This document shows positions 20,444-30,048 of a stretch of 63,334 nt of DNA, piece after piece (position 1 is the first letter of the stretch; every line of letters begins with the position of its first letter). The notes under the pieces were generated by a model. It did not search any database and had not been told where the DNA came from. It was given only the letters and a program-made list of their open reading frames with translations. The stretch is from Candidatus Kaiserbacteria bacterium (GTDB taxonomy: Bacteria > Patescibacteriota > Minisyncoccia > Phycocordibacterales > Phycocordibacteraceae), in contig CAWEXP010000002.1 of assembly GCA_963813065.1 (NCBI GenBank), positions 1 to 63,334 of the forward strand. Direction: 5' to 3'. The position numbers were made by a program, and so were the translations under genes.

Positions 20444-20920
20444 TTACGGCCGGGCGAAGACGAAACTGCCGACGCCGTTGCCGGTCGCATCGCCCGCCTT
20501 CGTGTCCTTGACCCAGAAGTAGAGCGGCATGCCCTTGTAGGTCACCTGCACGAGGCCATTCGCGAGCGGGATCGTGCTCACCACTCCCGAGAGCCCCTTG
20601 GGCCCTTTAATCACTGTCCCCGCGCTCACCGCGTAGGCAGGCCAATTGACCAGGCACGCACCGCTACAGGTCCTCACTCCCGACGTATCGGTGCTGTCGG
20701 TATAGAGGGTCATACCATTTGACGCAACCAAGAGCGTACCGAAGGTGCCCGCGGAATGCACGGTGAGTATCGCGAGTGCGGGCGTCTCGGTCGTCACTGT
20801 GGTGGTCGTGGTCGAGGTTGCCGTCGGCGCTTGCGCGGTCTGACTCATCGAGAACCAGAACCATCCGCCCAAGAGGACGACGATCACCACGACAATCCAG
20901 ATGATGCTTGAGCTTTTCAT
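20444..20920 (-). CDS. Secreted-repeat (Lipoprotein_15-like) protein
   Basis: TM anchor; GMTLY...CSGACLVNWP; QVTYKGMPLYFWVKD..GD..GNG. Confidence 0.8.
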   Translation of the reverse strand: MKSSSIIWIVVVIVVLLGGWFWFSMSQTAQAPTATSTTTTTVTTETPALAILTVHSAGTFGTLLVASNGMTLYTDSTDTSGVRTCSGACLVNWPAYAVSAGTVIKGPKGLSGVVSTIPLANGLVQVTYKGMPLYFWVKDTKAGDATGNGVGSFVFARP

Positions 20921-21025
20921 AATGAGGGAATGAGTTTATAAACTTCTACACCCCTAGTATACCAAGCCTAAAAGTGCGCAAGTCAGACCCCGCCGCCCAC
21001 CACATGTGTCTTTATTGTATCATCG

Positions 21026-21271
21026 TCAGACTTGCCCAAGAGCAAGCCCCAACTTCCGCCCCCGAGGCCAGGATTTGATGAGGGATTCGCGCTTCGAGGC
21101 CGAGGAACGGTCGGGGTGCGACTCGGTGTAGCGGATTCGGCGAGCGCCGTGGGCACGAGTGTAGTGCCCGCCCGCTCCCTGCTGGTGCTCGGCGAAGCGG
21201 CGCGCGACGTCGGTCGTGATGCCCGTGTAGAGCGAGCCGTCGGCGCATTCGAGGAGGTAGACGAAATACAC
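21026..21271 (-). CDS. GIY-YIG nuclease (UPF0213/YhbQ-like)
   Basis: YFVYLLECADGSLYTGIT, RRFAEH, ASKRE. Confidence 0.9.
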   Translation of the reverse strand: MYFVYLLECADGSLYTGITTDVARRFAEHQQGAGGHYTRAHGARRIRYTESHPDRSSASKRESLIKSWPRGRKLGLALGQV

Positions 21272-21281
21272 AGGTCTCGTA

Positions 21282-21653
21282 CTAGAGCGGGGCCTGCTTC
21301 TGATATTGCTCCTTCGTTAAAATCTCTCCCTTGTCTATCGCGGCCAGGACTTCTGGTGTCGGGGTAGTGTTTTTCGCGAAGATGGTGAGCGTTTTTTGTT
21401 TACGGAGCTCCTCCTCCAGGCTCTCGACTTTTTTCCCGAGTCGATTCTTGGAGAAATAATCGCCGACCATGGTCGGCAACAGGATACACAGCGTCACCAG
21501 CACACCCGTCAAAATAGCCATGAGTAACACGACAGCGAGCGTACCGGTAAACTGCCAGTGCATGAACACCACCGTCACGATCGTGGTATTTTCAAATGCA
21601 AGATAGACGGCAGTACCGCCGAGTGCGAGACCGAGAAGCAGGAATATAATCAT
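21282..21653 (-). CDS. LapA-like small membrane protein
   Basis: Two TM helices, FAFENT-like AFENTTIVTVVF motif and a coiled-coil tail. The ORF is open to 21806, so the start is uncertain. Confidence 0.6.
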   Translation of the reverse strand: MIIFLLLGLALGGTAVYLAFENTTIVTVVFMHWQFTGTLAVVLLMAILTGVLVTLCILLPTMVGDYFSKNRLGKKVESLEEELRKQKTLTIFAKNTTPTPEVLAAIDKGEILTKEQYQKQAPL

Positions 21654-21877
21654 TCCCTCTACAAGTAAGAAAATCCATAGGCTGAAGGGAACGGGAAAGA
21701 ATATTATTCCTCCTGCTTGTAGTAAAAGTAAGCCCAAGAAAAACAAAGGAATTATCCACCACATTTGTGAATAAATTGTATTTATTTTAACTAGCTTCAC
21801 GTCCATGAGTTAATTATGACACAAGAATGATGGTTTGGGGACTGGTACGGCGTGGTATAAGAGCTCTTACCTGTCAT

Positions 21878-22321
21878 CTAAGCAGGGAGAGTCTCTGCCA
21901 TTTCTATGAATTCTTTGAGAATCTTCTCTCGTGTTTCAATCTTTTCTATTAGTTCGCCCTTCCACTTAAGTTCTGAGAGTTTGTAATGTGCAATCGGATT
22001 ACGGAGACTATTTAGTTGTTCGAGAAATGAGAAAAGTCTTTTATAACGGTTGTAGTCTAATTCTTGGAGTTCAATATTTCTCTTTAGCACTTTCATTTTC
22101 GAGCCGAAGTTCATTTCGTAAAACATGAACTCGAAGATCGTCTTACCATTCTTAAAGCCCCCTCTCTCCGCGATTCTTCCTAACGCTTCGGCTGAGGGCA
22201 TAGCGATTAGGCTTTCAGCAAGACACGTCAGCCAATAGATGAAAGTGGCGGCATCAACTTGCTCATCACTAAGCTTCAGTCTTGTTTTTACGGATTCTAT
22301 AATTTCACTGTTGGGATTCAT
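21878..22321 (-). CDS. Hypothetical protein with HEPN-like RxxxxH motif
   Basis: LNSLRNPIAH near the C-terminus of a helical, AT-rich ORF; its ATG overlaps the upstream TGA. Confidence 0.55.
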   Translation of the reverse strand: MNPNSEIIESVKTRLKLSDEQVDAATFIYWLTCLAESLIAMPSAEALGRIAERGGFKNGKTIFEFMFYEMNFGSKMKVLKRNIELQELDYNRYKRLFSFLEQLNSLRNPIAHYKLSELKWKGELIEKIETREKILKEFIEMAETLPA

Positions 22322-22929
22322 ATATTCCACCAAGAGACTTTTGGAGTGGATTCACGAAGGAATGGGCGAGCAAAATCCTCCATCTTTTTAAGAGCAGCTT
22401 TCAGCTTCCTATCAAATTCACTATCGTCGCCTTCGACGTAGTAGATAATTTTATGATTATACGTAAGTCCTCTATCAGGATTAACCATGTTCCCCAAATT
22501 TACGAACAACTCGCCGATACAGAAATTTAAGTCTCTCTCCAATCCCACAACCTTCTCGCCCCACCATATTTCAGCTTGAATAATTGCATCGTCGAATTCT
22601 TGACGGGCTTTATTAACCGCTCTCCAGCGAATCGAGTAGACAGCTAGAGTCTCGGCTCCTCGTGGATCTTCTTTCATCTTTGACTCCAGGTCTTTCCCGT
22701 AGAATTCTTCCGAGGCGGATTTAAATTCTTCTAATCCTATTGCAGGATTCCTCACGGTTTTGTTTATCGCATTCCGAAGTTTCAAGACGGCAGCGAGATA
22801 TTGCCAAGCGATATCGTGGTCTGTGTTGCCATGCAATTGCTTCTTCCAGGCACTCAATCCCACCCAGGCTGCAATAGCAGCAGCGATGGCTGCTAGAGCA
22901 GTTATTACTTCAGCAATTTGCCCGATCAT
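22318..22929 (-). CDS. Hypothetical protein with N-terminal TM helix
   Basis: 203-aa AT-rich ORF beginning with a hydrophobic helix followed by AWKKQL. Confidence 0.65.
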   Translation of the reverse strand: MIGQIAEVITALAAIAAAIAAWVGLSAWKKQLHGNTDHDIAWQYLAAVLKLRNAINKTVRNPAIGLEEFKSASEEFYGKDLESKMKEDPRGAETLAVYSIRWRAVNKARQEFDDAIIQAEIWWGEKVVGLERDLNFCIGELFVNLGNMVNPDRGLTYNHKIIYYVEGDDSEFDRKLKAALKKMEDFARPFLRESTPKVSWWNI

Positions 22930-22945
22930 CCTTCAATTCTACTAG

Positions 22946-23132
22946 AGTTCGTCATTGTGGAAAGCCCACGATGTCGCTGTGGGCGGTCATCTGCTCGCCC
23001 GCCAATACGGAGCTTCGTGCCGAGTCCCCGGGGCATGAAGTGGCGGGGCCGCATGCGCATACCAGAGTACCGGATTTAGTCCGGTGTCTAGACCTGTGGG
23101 ACGGTGTAGGTTCGCCAGCTGATTCCAGCTAT
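22946..23132. ncRNA. Unassigned GC-rich structured intergenic element
   Basis: Nested stems CCCGCCA/TGGCGGG with CTTCGTGCC/GGCATGAAG, plus hairpins CATTGTGG/CCACGATG, CCGGA/TCCGG and AGCTG/CAGCT. It sits between AT-rich genes. Confidence 0.45.
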
Positions 23133-23486
23133 TTAACTAACGTGGACTCGTATCCGCCGCTCGCGTATCCTCGATGCCTCCGCTAAGGCTTCCGATATCG
23201 GCTTCAGGTGCGACCGTATCATCTCATTGGGGATGTGCATCGTGTCATAGCCGTCTTTATGAGAGTAATAGCCTCGAGCTAGGTCGGCGACTATCTGGTC
23301 TGGGTTTGTAAGGTGTTGGATTCCGTCAACTTCTACATTTAACTTCGCCCTGGGCAGAGCGAGATCTATTGTCTTATGCCCATCGTCCAGCTCCTGGTAT
23401 ACCCGAACACCCAATTTCTCAAGTGCGTCCTTCAAGAGTGAGGCTTCCTTGGTCGGGACATTAGTCTTTCCTATTACTTCCAGCAT
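23133..23486 (-). CDS. DUF559/Vsr-like PD-(D/E)xK endonuclease
   Basis: IDLALPRAKLNVEVDGIQH, HIPNEMI. Confidence 0.75.
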   Translation of the reverse strand: MLEVIGKTNVPTKEASLLKDALEKLGVRVYQELDDGHKTIDLALPRAKLNVEVDGIQHLTNPDQIVADLARGYYSHKDGYDTMHIPNEMIRSHLKPISEALAEASRIRERRIRVHVS

Positions 23487-23515
23487 GTCTTTATTGTACC
23501 AAGACAAAAGTCTTG

Positions 23516-23531
23516 GCTGCCAGACTTGGAT
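23516..23531 (-). repeat. 16-bp direct repeat of the tRNA-Gln 3' end (att-like)
   Basis: GCTGCCAGACTTGGAT (+ strand) is identical at 23516-23531 and 24890-24905. Confidence 0.85.
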
Positions 23532-23674
23532 CGGCGGGGTGCCGCCTCCTTCACCTCTCGACTCGCCATTGAATTTGTTGTACCCGCCGCCTGCTGGCGC
23601 AGGGCACTGCACTCATCTCGGCTCGCTGACTCACCTCATTCGTTTGCTGGCCGTCTGGTACGACGTGGGAACCT

Positions 23675-24226
23675 TTATGAGCGGTCAGCGAATTGACTCC
23701 AGAGCGCCTTAATATCCCGATTACTCTCCCAAAAGGCGAGCATTTCCGTTCGGAGCTCTTTATGTTGCGGATACCCTGCGTCCACAACATTTGAACCAAG
23801 TAAATCTGGACATTCAATATTGAGCAGAACCGTTAAGGACTCTTTGAGCTCGTTGTATTTTTCTTTTCCAAGCCTCTCCTCCTCGCCAGGGCCGATGCCA
23901 TACCAGGTATAGAAGTGCCAGAGCTCATGCATAGCAGTCAAGTTCGATGGCTTGTTAGGAAATGAGATATAGAAATAATTACCCTCAATGTTGTAGGGGC
24001 ATCGGTTATTTACCGTGAGGAATCCCGACACATCATGAGGGAGCGTGGTGCCGAAGATTGCTTCAGTCCTTTTCTGATATTCATCGGATATTGAGTTCCA
24101 ATCTTCCTGATACTTTTTGACACACGCGGCTGTATCAATATTTTGAGTCATTACGTAGGCCTCTATAAATTCATTCGTGGCTTCGGTTGTCGGATTCTCT
24201 CCCTTCGAAGCAACAAGTTCGCTCAT
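23675..24226 (-). CDS. Hypothetical protein with HExxH zinc-peptidase-like motif
   Basis: AMHELWH with a downstream conserved-looking E (LKESLT). Confidence 0.55.
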   Translation of the reverse strand: MSELVASKGENPTTEATNEFIEAYVMTQNIDTAACVKKYQEDWNSISDEYQKRTEAIFGTTLPHDVSGFLTVNNRCPYNIEGNYFYISFPNKPSNLTAMHELWHFYTWYGIGPGEEERLGKEKYNELKESLTVLLNIECPDLLGSNVVDAGYPQHKELRTEMLAFWESNRDIKALWSQFADRS

Positions 24227-24340
24227 ACACTTTTGTTGCTTTTGAGGAGTTATTCGAACTCTTACCCTTCGTCAAAAGACATTCGACATCTTTCTCTCGA
24301 TCATATGTGTAGCGGACTTGCATGGTCATAAATTCTTAAC

Positions 24341-24868
24341 TTAACTAATGGGTGCAATTTCTACTCCGCTATTGCGGTAGCTTATATACTCCTCCTTAAC
24401 AACTCTTGAATCGGGTTTCTCGGCGTAGAATATCTTATACCCAAAAGAGGAGGGTACGTCCCAGATCGCGTGAGAGAAAAGAGCTCCCCACATCCATTTC
24501 GATAAAATACTCTTGTCGTTTTGGACTATACCTCCATGGGTAGTGGCACCATCGTTACCCTCGTAAAAAATAAGGTCGCCAGCCGAAGGCTTCTCGGTAA
24601 GAGTGAGAATCTTCCGGCTAAGCAGATAACGAATAAATTCCTTTTGTATGGGGTTCTGTCCCCCCAGAAATTCCGAGTCATTCTCTAAGCCGAGTGCGTA
24701 TACAAAACAATTGTAGTTCCCAACGCCCGAGGGCGGCGCGGAAATGATATGTAATTCAGTCGGGAGCTGTGAACGAATATGCTTCTCAAATTCTTCAGGT
24801 ACCCACCATTTACTGCCGCTATCGGCTTCAATGATTTCTGTTAACTTTTCTCGTTCTCCTTTATCCAT
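24341..24868 (-). CDS. Hypothetical protein, possibly papain-like fold
   Basis: YNCFVYALG...THGG...SKW, a Cys/His arrangement. Confidence 0.45.
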   Translation of the reverse strand: MDKGEREKLTEIIEADSGSKWWVPEEFEKHIRSQLPTELHIISAPPSGVGNYNCFVYALGLENDSEFLGGQNPIQKEFIRYLLSRKILTLTEKPSAGDLIFYEGNDGATTHGGIVQNDKSILSKWMWGALFSHAIWDVPSSFGYKIFYAEKPDSRVVKEEYISYRNSGVEIAPIS

Positions 24869-24890
24869 ATCACAAGACTAACATCATTAG

Positions 24891-24961
24891 CTGCCAGACT
24901 TGGATTCGAACCAAGATAAACGGATTCAGAGTCCGTTGTCCTACCATTAGACGATCTGGCA
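24891..24961 (-). tRNA. tRNA-Gln(CTG)
   Basis: Acceptor TGCCAGA/TCTGGCA, G73, anticodon arm ACGGA-CTCTGAA-TCCGT, T-loop TTCGAAT. Confidence 0.95.
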
Positions 24962-25000
24962 ATGCGCGGGATGCGCGGGTGCACTATACTATAAAAAGCC

Positions 25001-25753
25001 ATGATTCGCAGTGTCTCTCATCAGCCGAGCAAAGCCTGGCACAAGGCGCATCGCGCGCGAGCGCGGCGGAGCTGGGCGATTGTTATTGCGCTTATCGTCG
25101 CCACCACCGTCGCCTTCTTCGTCTACGGCCGCTTCGCGCAGGTGGGCTGGGGGGCGCTCGGCTTCGCGCTCGTGCGCACCCTCTATCGCATCCTCGCCTC
25201 CTACGGCCTCGCGCTCGTGATCGGCACGTCGATTGCCCTCTTGGTCGGCTGGGGCCCCTTGATCGATTTCTTCTTCCCGGTCTTCGACGTCTTGCAGAAC
25301 ATCCCCTCCTTTGCGCTCATCCCAATTTTTATTTATTTCCTCGGCCGGGGCGACGTGATGATTATCCTCTTCGCGGTGAGCTCGATTATCTGGCCGATCC
25401 TCTTCGCAATCTTGACGGCGATTAAGAGCGCGCGCACCGACCTCAACGACGCGGCAACGGTCTTCGGCGCCACGGGCTGGCGGCGCATCGAGCACTACCT
25501 CGCGCCCCTCTCCGAGCCGGCGATCGTGACGGGCTCGATCGTGGGTATCGCGATTGGCTGGGAGAGCGTCATCGGCGCGGAGATTATAACTAACGCAGGG
25601 GGCTTCGGCGCCTTTATCAAGACCGCCGGGACCTCGGGTATCAGCCCGACGACCATTGCGGGTACGCTCGCGATCCTCGTGGTGGTCTTCGTCGTGAATC
25701 GACTCGTCTGGGCACCTCTGCTGACCCAGAGTACGAAACGCTATGCAGAATAA
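25001..25753 (+). CDS. ABC transporter permease (nitrate/sulfonate/taurine type)
   Basis: QNIPSFALIP, EAA-loop ATVFGA, WESVIGAE. Confidence 0.85.
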   Translation: MIRSVSHQPSKAWHKAHRARARRSWAIVIALIVATTVAFFVYGRFAQVGWGALGFALVRTLYRILASYGLALVIGTSIALLVGWGPLIDFFFPVFDVLQNIPSFALIPIFIYFLGRGDVMIILFAVSSIIWPILFAILTAIKSARTDLNDAATVFGATGWRRIEHYLAPLSEPAIVTGSIVGIAIGWESVIGAEIITNAGGFGAFIKTAGTSGISPTTIAGTLAILVVVFVVNRLVWAPLLTQSTKRYAE

Positions 25754-26483
25754 CCGCGACATCGCGCTCGCTCTCTCGCGCGTCTCCGCGCGCTATGCCG
25801 ACCAGCATGATGAGCTAGCGCTGGAAAATATTTCGTTCGTCGTACCCGCGGGTGCCTTTGTCTCGATTGCGGGCCCCTCGGGCGCTGGCAAGTCGACACT
25901 CCTGCGGGTTATCCTCGGGCTCCTGCCCGCGGCGAGCGGCGTGATCACGCGCAACTACCAACGCGCAGGGATGGTCTTCCAGAATTACGCGCTCTTCCCC
26001 TGGCTCTCGGCGCTCGACAACGCCGCCTTCGGTCTGAAAATGTCGGGTGTTTCGACGCATGAGCGCGAACGCATCGCGCGCGAGACGCTCAAGGACCTCG
26101 GTCTCGCGAGCTTCGAGCGCCACTACCCGGGCGAGCTCTCGGGCGGCCAGCGCCAGCGCGTTGGGCTCGCGCGCGCCCTCGCGATTAATCCCGACCTCCT
26201 GATTCTCGACGAACCTTTTTCTAATCTCGACACCATCACCTCGGAATCGTTGAAGACCGACCTCCTGCGCATCTGGCAGAAACAGCGGATGAGCATCCTG
26301 ATGGTGAATCACCTCCTGCCCGACGCGGTCGAGCTCTCTGACTCGGTCATCGTGATGAAAGCGAATCCGGGCTCGACTGAGCGTGCGCTCACCATCGACC
26401 TGCCCCGCCCGCGCGATACTCGCGACGGGAAATTTTATCGCTACGTCGACCAACTCACCGAGGCCGTCCGGGCAGTGTCCTAA
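25743..26483 (+). CDS. ABC transporter ATP-binding protein (TauB/NrtD type)
   Basis: GPSGAGKS, FQNYALFPW, LSGGQRQR, ILDEPF. Confidence 0.92.
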   Translation: MQNNRDIALALSRVSARYADQHDELALENISFVVPAGAFVSIAGPSGAGKSTLLRVILGLLPAASGVITRNYQRAGMVFQNYALFPWLSALDNAAFGLKMSGVSTHERERIARETLKDLGLASFERHYPGELSGGQRQRVGLARALAINPDLLILDEPFSNLDTITSESLKTDLLRIWQKQRMSILMVNHLLPDAVELSDSVIVMKANPGSTERALTIDLPRPRDTRDGKFYRYVDQLTEAVRAVS

Positions 26484-26574
26484 CCCAGAACTAGGACACG
26501 CCGTGTCCTACATTTATTTGCAATTTTTAAAATTGGTGCTAGATTAGTTCCAGGAAAGCACGAGGAGAAAAACG

Positions 26575-27273
26575 ATGACGCCTGCAGAACGTGCAGAGTA
26601 TGAGCCGCGTTTCAGATCGCATTGGCTGAGATTCCTACGACGATTCGCCATTGTCGACGATTCTCTGCCGACCGTGTATGGCTTCCTCATGGATCTTTAC
26701 GGCGCAGAGTCTCGGCATTATCACACCATGAAGCATATCGTGCGGATGCTCGATGAACTCGAGGCACTGCGACACACGGTGCCGGAATCTTTGCCCGGAC
26801 TGTTCAACGATCCAATCGAAGATGCGGCCATCGAATTCGGCGTCTGGTTCCATGATGCCGTCTACGACACAATGGAACATGATAACGAAGAACGGAGCGC
26901 TCAGTACGCGAAGAAAGAAGCTCGACGACTCGGACTCTCTCGACCCGTTGCGCAACTGACGAAGCACTACATTCGCACAACCGACCATCGACGCCTTGCC
27001 GAAGATCGTGGCGCAGAGATCCTCTGCGATCTCGACCTGATGTCGCTCGCGGGGTCGCGGGACGAATTCCGCGAGAATACGCGCCTCATCCAGCTCGAAT
27101 ACGCGCACGTGCCGAACGACAAATTCAAGGCGGGACGTCGGGCATTCTTCGAAGCGATGCTCGACCGGAATAAGCGCCCGAGTATCTACCAAACTGCTTA
27201 TTTCTTCGATCGGTTTGAAGAAAAAGCACGCGCGAATCTCCGCCACGCAGTCAGATGCGATCTCGCACCCTAG
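26575..27273 (+). CDS. HD-superfamily metal-dependent phosphohydrolase
   Basis: RHYHTMKH, WFHDAVYD, NEERSA, CDLDL. Confidence 0.85.
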   Translation: MTPAERAEYEPRFRSHWLRFLRRFAIVDDSLPTVYGFLMDLYGAESRHYHTMKHIVRMLDELEALRHTVPESLPGLFNDPIEDAAIEFGVWFHDAVYDTMEHDNEERSAQYAKKEARRLGLSRPVAQLTKHYIRTTDHRRLAEDRGAEILCDLDLMSLAGSRDEFRENTRLIQLEYAHVPNDKFKAGRRAFFEAMLDRNKRPSIYQTAYFFDRFEEKARANLRHAVRCDLAP

Positions 27274-27298
27274 TTCCACGGCCCCTCGGGGCCGTTTT

Positions 27299-28042
27299 TT
27301 ATATTTCTATTTTCGAGAAGAGATACGAACCGAGGACGAGGAAGAGGGCGCTGACACCAACTAGCACCGAGAGATCGAGGGTGAGCGAGAAAGTCGAGGT
27401 CCCGAGGAGGAAGTGGCGCAGAGCATCGACGCCGTACGAGAGCGGGTCGCACTTCGCGATAAGCAGGAGCGCAGACGGCACATTATTGAGCGGGAAGAGC
27501 GCGCCCGAGAGGAAGAAGAGCGGCATCACGAGGAAGTTCATGATGAGCTGGAAGCCCTGCATGTCGCGCAGGGTCGAGGCGGCCGCGATGCCGAGCGCGC
27601 TGAAGAGGAGCGCGATGAGAAGCATCACGAAAAGTGCGGGGATGATGCCGAACCACACGGGGCGGAAGCCGGCGACAATCGCGATGACGAGCACCAAGGC
27701 ACCCTGGAGACTCGCGACCGTGGCGCCGCCGAGTGTGCGGCCGAACATAATCGAGAGGCGCGAGACCGGTGCGACCATCGTCTCCTTCAAGAATCCAAAC
27801 TGGCGATCCCAGATGACCTGCATGCCATTGAAAATGGCGGAGAAAATAATCGACATGCCGATGATGCCCGGCGCGATGAATTCGAGATAATTCCCCTGCC
27901 CCGCCTTGGCGAACACGGGTCCGAGGCCGTAGCCGAGTGCGACGAGGAAGAGGACAGGCTGGCCCAAGGAGCCCACGATACGACTCTTCGAGCGGATGAA
28001 CCGCTTGATCTCGCGAAGCCACATGATGTAGACCGCATCCAT
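27299..28042 (-). CDS. ABC-2 type permease (DrrB-like)
   Basis: WDRQFGFLKE..VAP, FLSGALFP, PLSYGVD. Confidence 0.9.
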   Translation of the reverse strand: MDAVYIMWLREIKRFIRSKSRIVGSLGQPVLFLVALGYGLGPVFAKAGQGNYLEFIAPGIIGMSIIFSAIFNGMQVIWDRQFGFLKETMVAPVSRLSIMFGRTLGGATVASLQGALVLVIAIVAGFRPVWFGIIPALFVMLLIALLFSALGIAAASTLRDMQGFQLIMNFLVMPLFFLSGALFPLNNVPSALLLIAKCDPLSYGVDALRHFLLGTSTFSLTLDLSVLVGVSALFLVLGSYLFSKIEI

Positions 28043-28047
28043 AGTAG

Positions 28048-28869
28048 TTATCGGCCTGCCCGGCCAGGGCGATTCCCGCCGCCCCAGGCGCCACGCATCT
28101 GGCGCATATGGTCGGACGAACTGGCCGCTTCGTCGCGAATGGCCGAGCCGGTCAATTTCAAAAACGCTTCTTCGAGAGTCTCAGTGCCGGTCTGCTTCTT
28201 CAGGTCCTCGCCACTGCCCTCGGCGACGATTTTCCCATGATCGATAATCGCGATTCTCTGCGCGACGCGATCCGCCTCGTCGAGGTAGTGCGTGGTGAAG
28301 AAAACCGTTATGCCCTCTTCTTTATTTAATTTCTCGAGATAGCTCCAGAGATGATTGCGCGTCTGCGGGTCGAGGCCCAGCGTCGGCTCGTCGAGGAAAA
28401 TAATTTTTGGGTGATGCAAGAGGCCGCGGGCAATCTCTAAGCGGCGCTTCATCCCACCCGAGAACTCACGCACATAATTGTCGCGTCGATCCGTGAGCTC
28501 GACGAAGGCGAGCAATTCCTCGATGCGCTGGCGCCGCAGAACGCGTGGTACCGAGTAGAGCACGCCGTGGAACTCGAGATTCTCCCAGGCGGTGAGGTCG
28601 TCGTCGAGCGACGGGTCTTGGAAGACGATGCCGAAGGAGTGCCGCACTTGATCCGGCTGAGTCGTGGGATTAAATCCATTCACACTGATAGCTCCGCTCG
28701 TGGGCGAGAGGAGGGTCGTGAGCATTTTGATGGTCGTCGACTTGCCCGCGCCATTGGGGCCGAGGAATGCGAAAATGCCGCCCGCAAGGACGGAAAAAGA
28801 AATATCTTTCACGGCCTCGAAACCGTCAAATCTCTTCGAGAGATTTTTCACCTCAATGATATTCGACAT
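28048..28869 (-). CDS. ABC transporter ATP-binding protein (DrrA-like)
   Basis: GPNGAGKS, FSGGMKRRLEIAR, FLDEPTLGLDP. Confidence 0.92.
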   Translation of the reverse strand: MSNIIEVKNLSKRFDGFEAVKDISFSVLAGGIFAFLGPNGAGKSTTIKMLTTLLSPTSGAISVNGFNPTTQPDQVRHSFGIVFQDPSLDDDLTAWENLEFHGVLYSVPRVLRRQRIEELLAFVELTDRRDNYVREFSGGMKRRLEIARGLLHHPKIIFLDEPTLGLDPQTRNHLWSYLEKLNKEEGITVFFTTHYLDEADRVAQRIAIIDHGKIVAEGSGEDLKKQTGTETLEEAFLKLTGSAIRDEAASSSDHMRQMRGAWGGGNRPGRAGR

Positions 28870-28897
28870 TAGTAGCCTGAGTATAGCATACGGCTAC

Positions 28898-29941
28898 TTA
28901 TCGATACGCAACGAGCGAGTGTGGGTTATTTTCAACGATTGAGGCAGAGGTTATGCGGACGAATCGGGCACGCGCGCGGAGCTCGGCAAGGGTGCGAGCG
29001 CCGACGTAGCCCATCGCGACCTGCACACCCGAGGCGAGCTCGGCGACTACCTCCTTCAAGGGGCCGCGATACGGCACGAATCCTTCAACCCCCTCGGGCA
29101 CTGCCTTGCGCCCTTTGGTCAGGTACCGCTCGCGCCCCGAGTTACTCTCGATCACTGCGCGCGAGCCCATGCCGCGATATTCTTTCACGCGCACGCCGTC
29201 GCGTATCGCGACACGCCCGGGCGCTTCGAGCGTGCCCGCGAAGAGGTTGCCGCTCATAATCGCCGTGGCACCGGCGGCCAGAGCCTTCGCAATATCGCCC
29301 GAGTTCTTCATCCCGCCGTCGGCGATGACCGGCACGCCGTATTTTTGCGCCACGCCCACGACTTCGAGAATCGCCGAGAATTGCGGCATGCCCACACCGC
29401 TCACGATGCGGGTGGTGCAAATCGAACCCGGGCCGATGCCGACCTTCACCGCGCTGGCGAAGCGACACGCCGCACGCGCCGCCTCGGCGGTCGCGATGTT
29501 GCCGACGATGAGCGGCAGGCCGACCGCGCGCTTGATGCGCTCAGCACTCGCGAGCACCTTCAAATTATGGCCGTGCGCACAGTCGATAGAAATAAGGTCC
29601 ACGCCAGCCGCGGCGAGCGCGCGAGCGCGTTCGAGATCAAAGGGGCCGCAGGCCGCGGCGACGCGCACACCCGCCTTCTTCACCGCGCGGACCATCGCAC
29701 ACTGTTCCTCGACCGTGCAGTTGCGGTGGAGAACGCCAAGGCCGCCGAGTTTCCCGAGCGCAATTGCCAATCGCGCGCCCGTGACGCGGTCCATCGCCGC
29801 AGAGAGAAAGGGCACCGCAAGAGAAAAGCCGCCCGGAAAGGCGGCCGCGAGCGAGGCGTCACGCGGCTCGATGCTCGAGCGGCCGGGGCGGATGAGCACA
29901 TCGTCAAAGGTGAACGCGTCGGAGAGAATTGGTCGTGCCAT
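28898..29941 (-). CDS. guaB: IMP dehydrogenase lacking the CBS subdomain
   Basis: [23 protein letters not shown] (catalytic Cys), ADGG, YRGMGS, PEGVEG. Confidence 0.9.
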   Translation of the reverse strand: MARPILSDAFTFDDVLIRPGRSSIEPRDASLAAAFPGGFSLAVPFLSAAMDRVTGARLAIALGKLGGLGVLHRNCTVEEQCAMVRAVKKAGVRVAAACGPFDLERARALAAAGVDLISIDCAHGHNLKVLASAERIKRAVGLPLIVGNIATAEAARAACRFASAVKVGIGPGSICTTRIVSGVGMPQFSAILEVVGVAQKYGVPVIADGGMKNSGDIAKALAAGATAIMSGNLFAGTLEAPGRVAIRDGVRVKEYRGMGSRAVIESNSGRERYLTKGRKAVPEGVEGFVPYRGPLKEVVAELASGVQVAMGYVGARTLAELRARARFVRITSASIVENNPHSLVAYR

Positions 29942-30048
29942 AGATAACTATGGCGTATCTATCGCCCTACGCAAGGGCGCACTGGGGATAGCTTGCATTC
30001 TAGAATGACCTGTGGTACAGTATATCCAGAAACGAAGAGGTGCGTACT

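Noticed and set aside
22946-23132. Cobalamin riboswitch or RNase P RNA identity for the structured element
   Set aside because: Only fragments resemble them (CCGG-ACTAAAT-CCGG, CCCCGCCACT, GGAAAGCCC); spacing and the other conserved cores do not fit.
25001-26483. ABC importer lacking a substrate-binding protein as a new transporter type
   Set aside because: The binding protein may be encoded elsewhere; this cannot be judged from one window.
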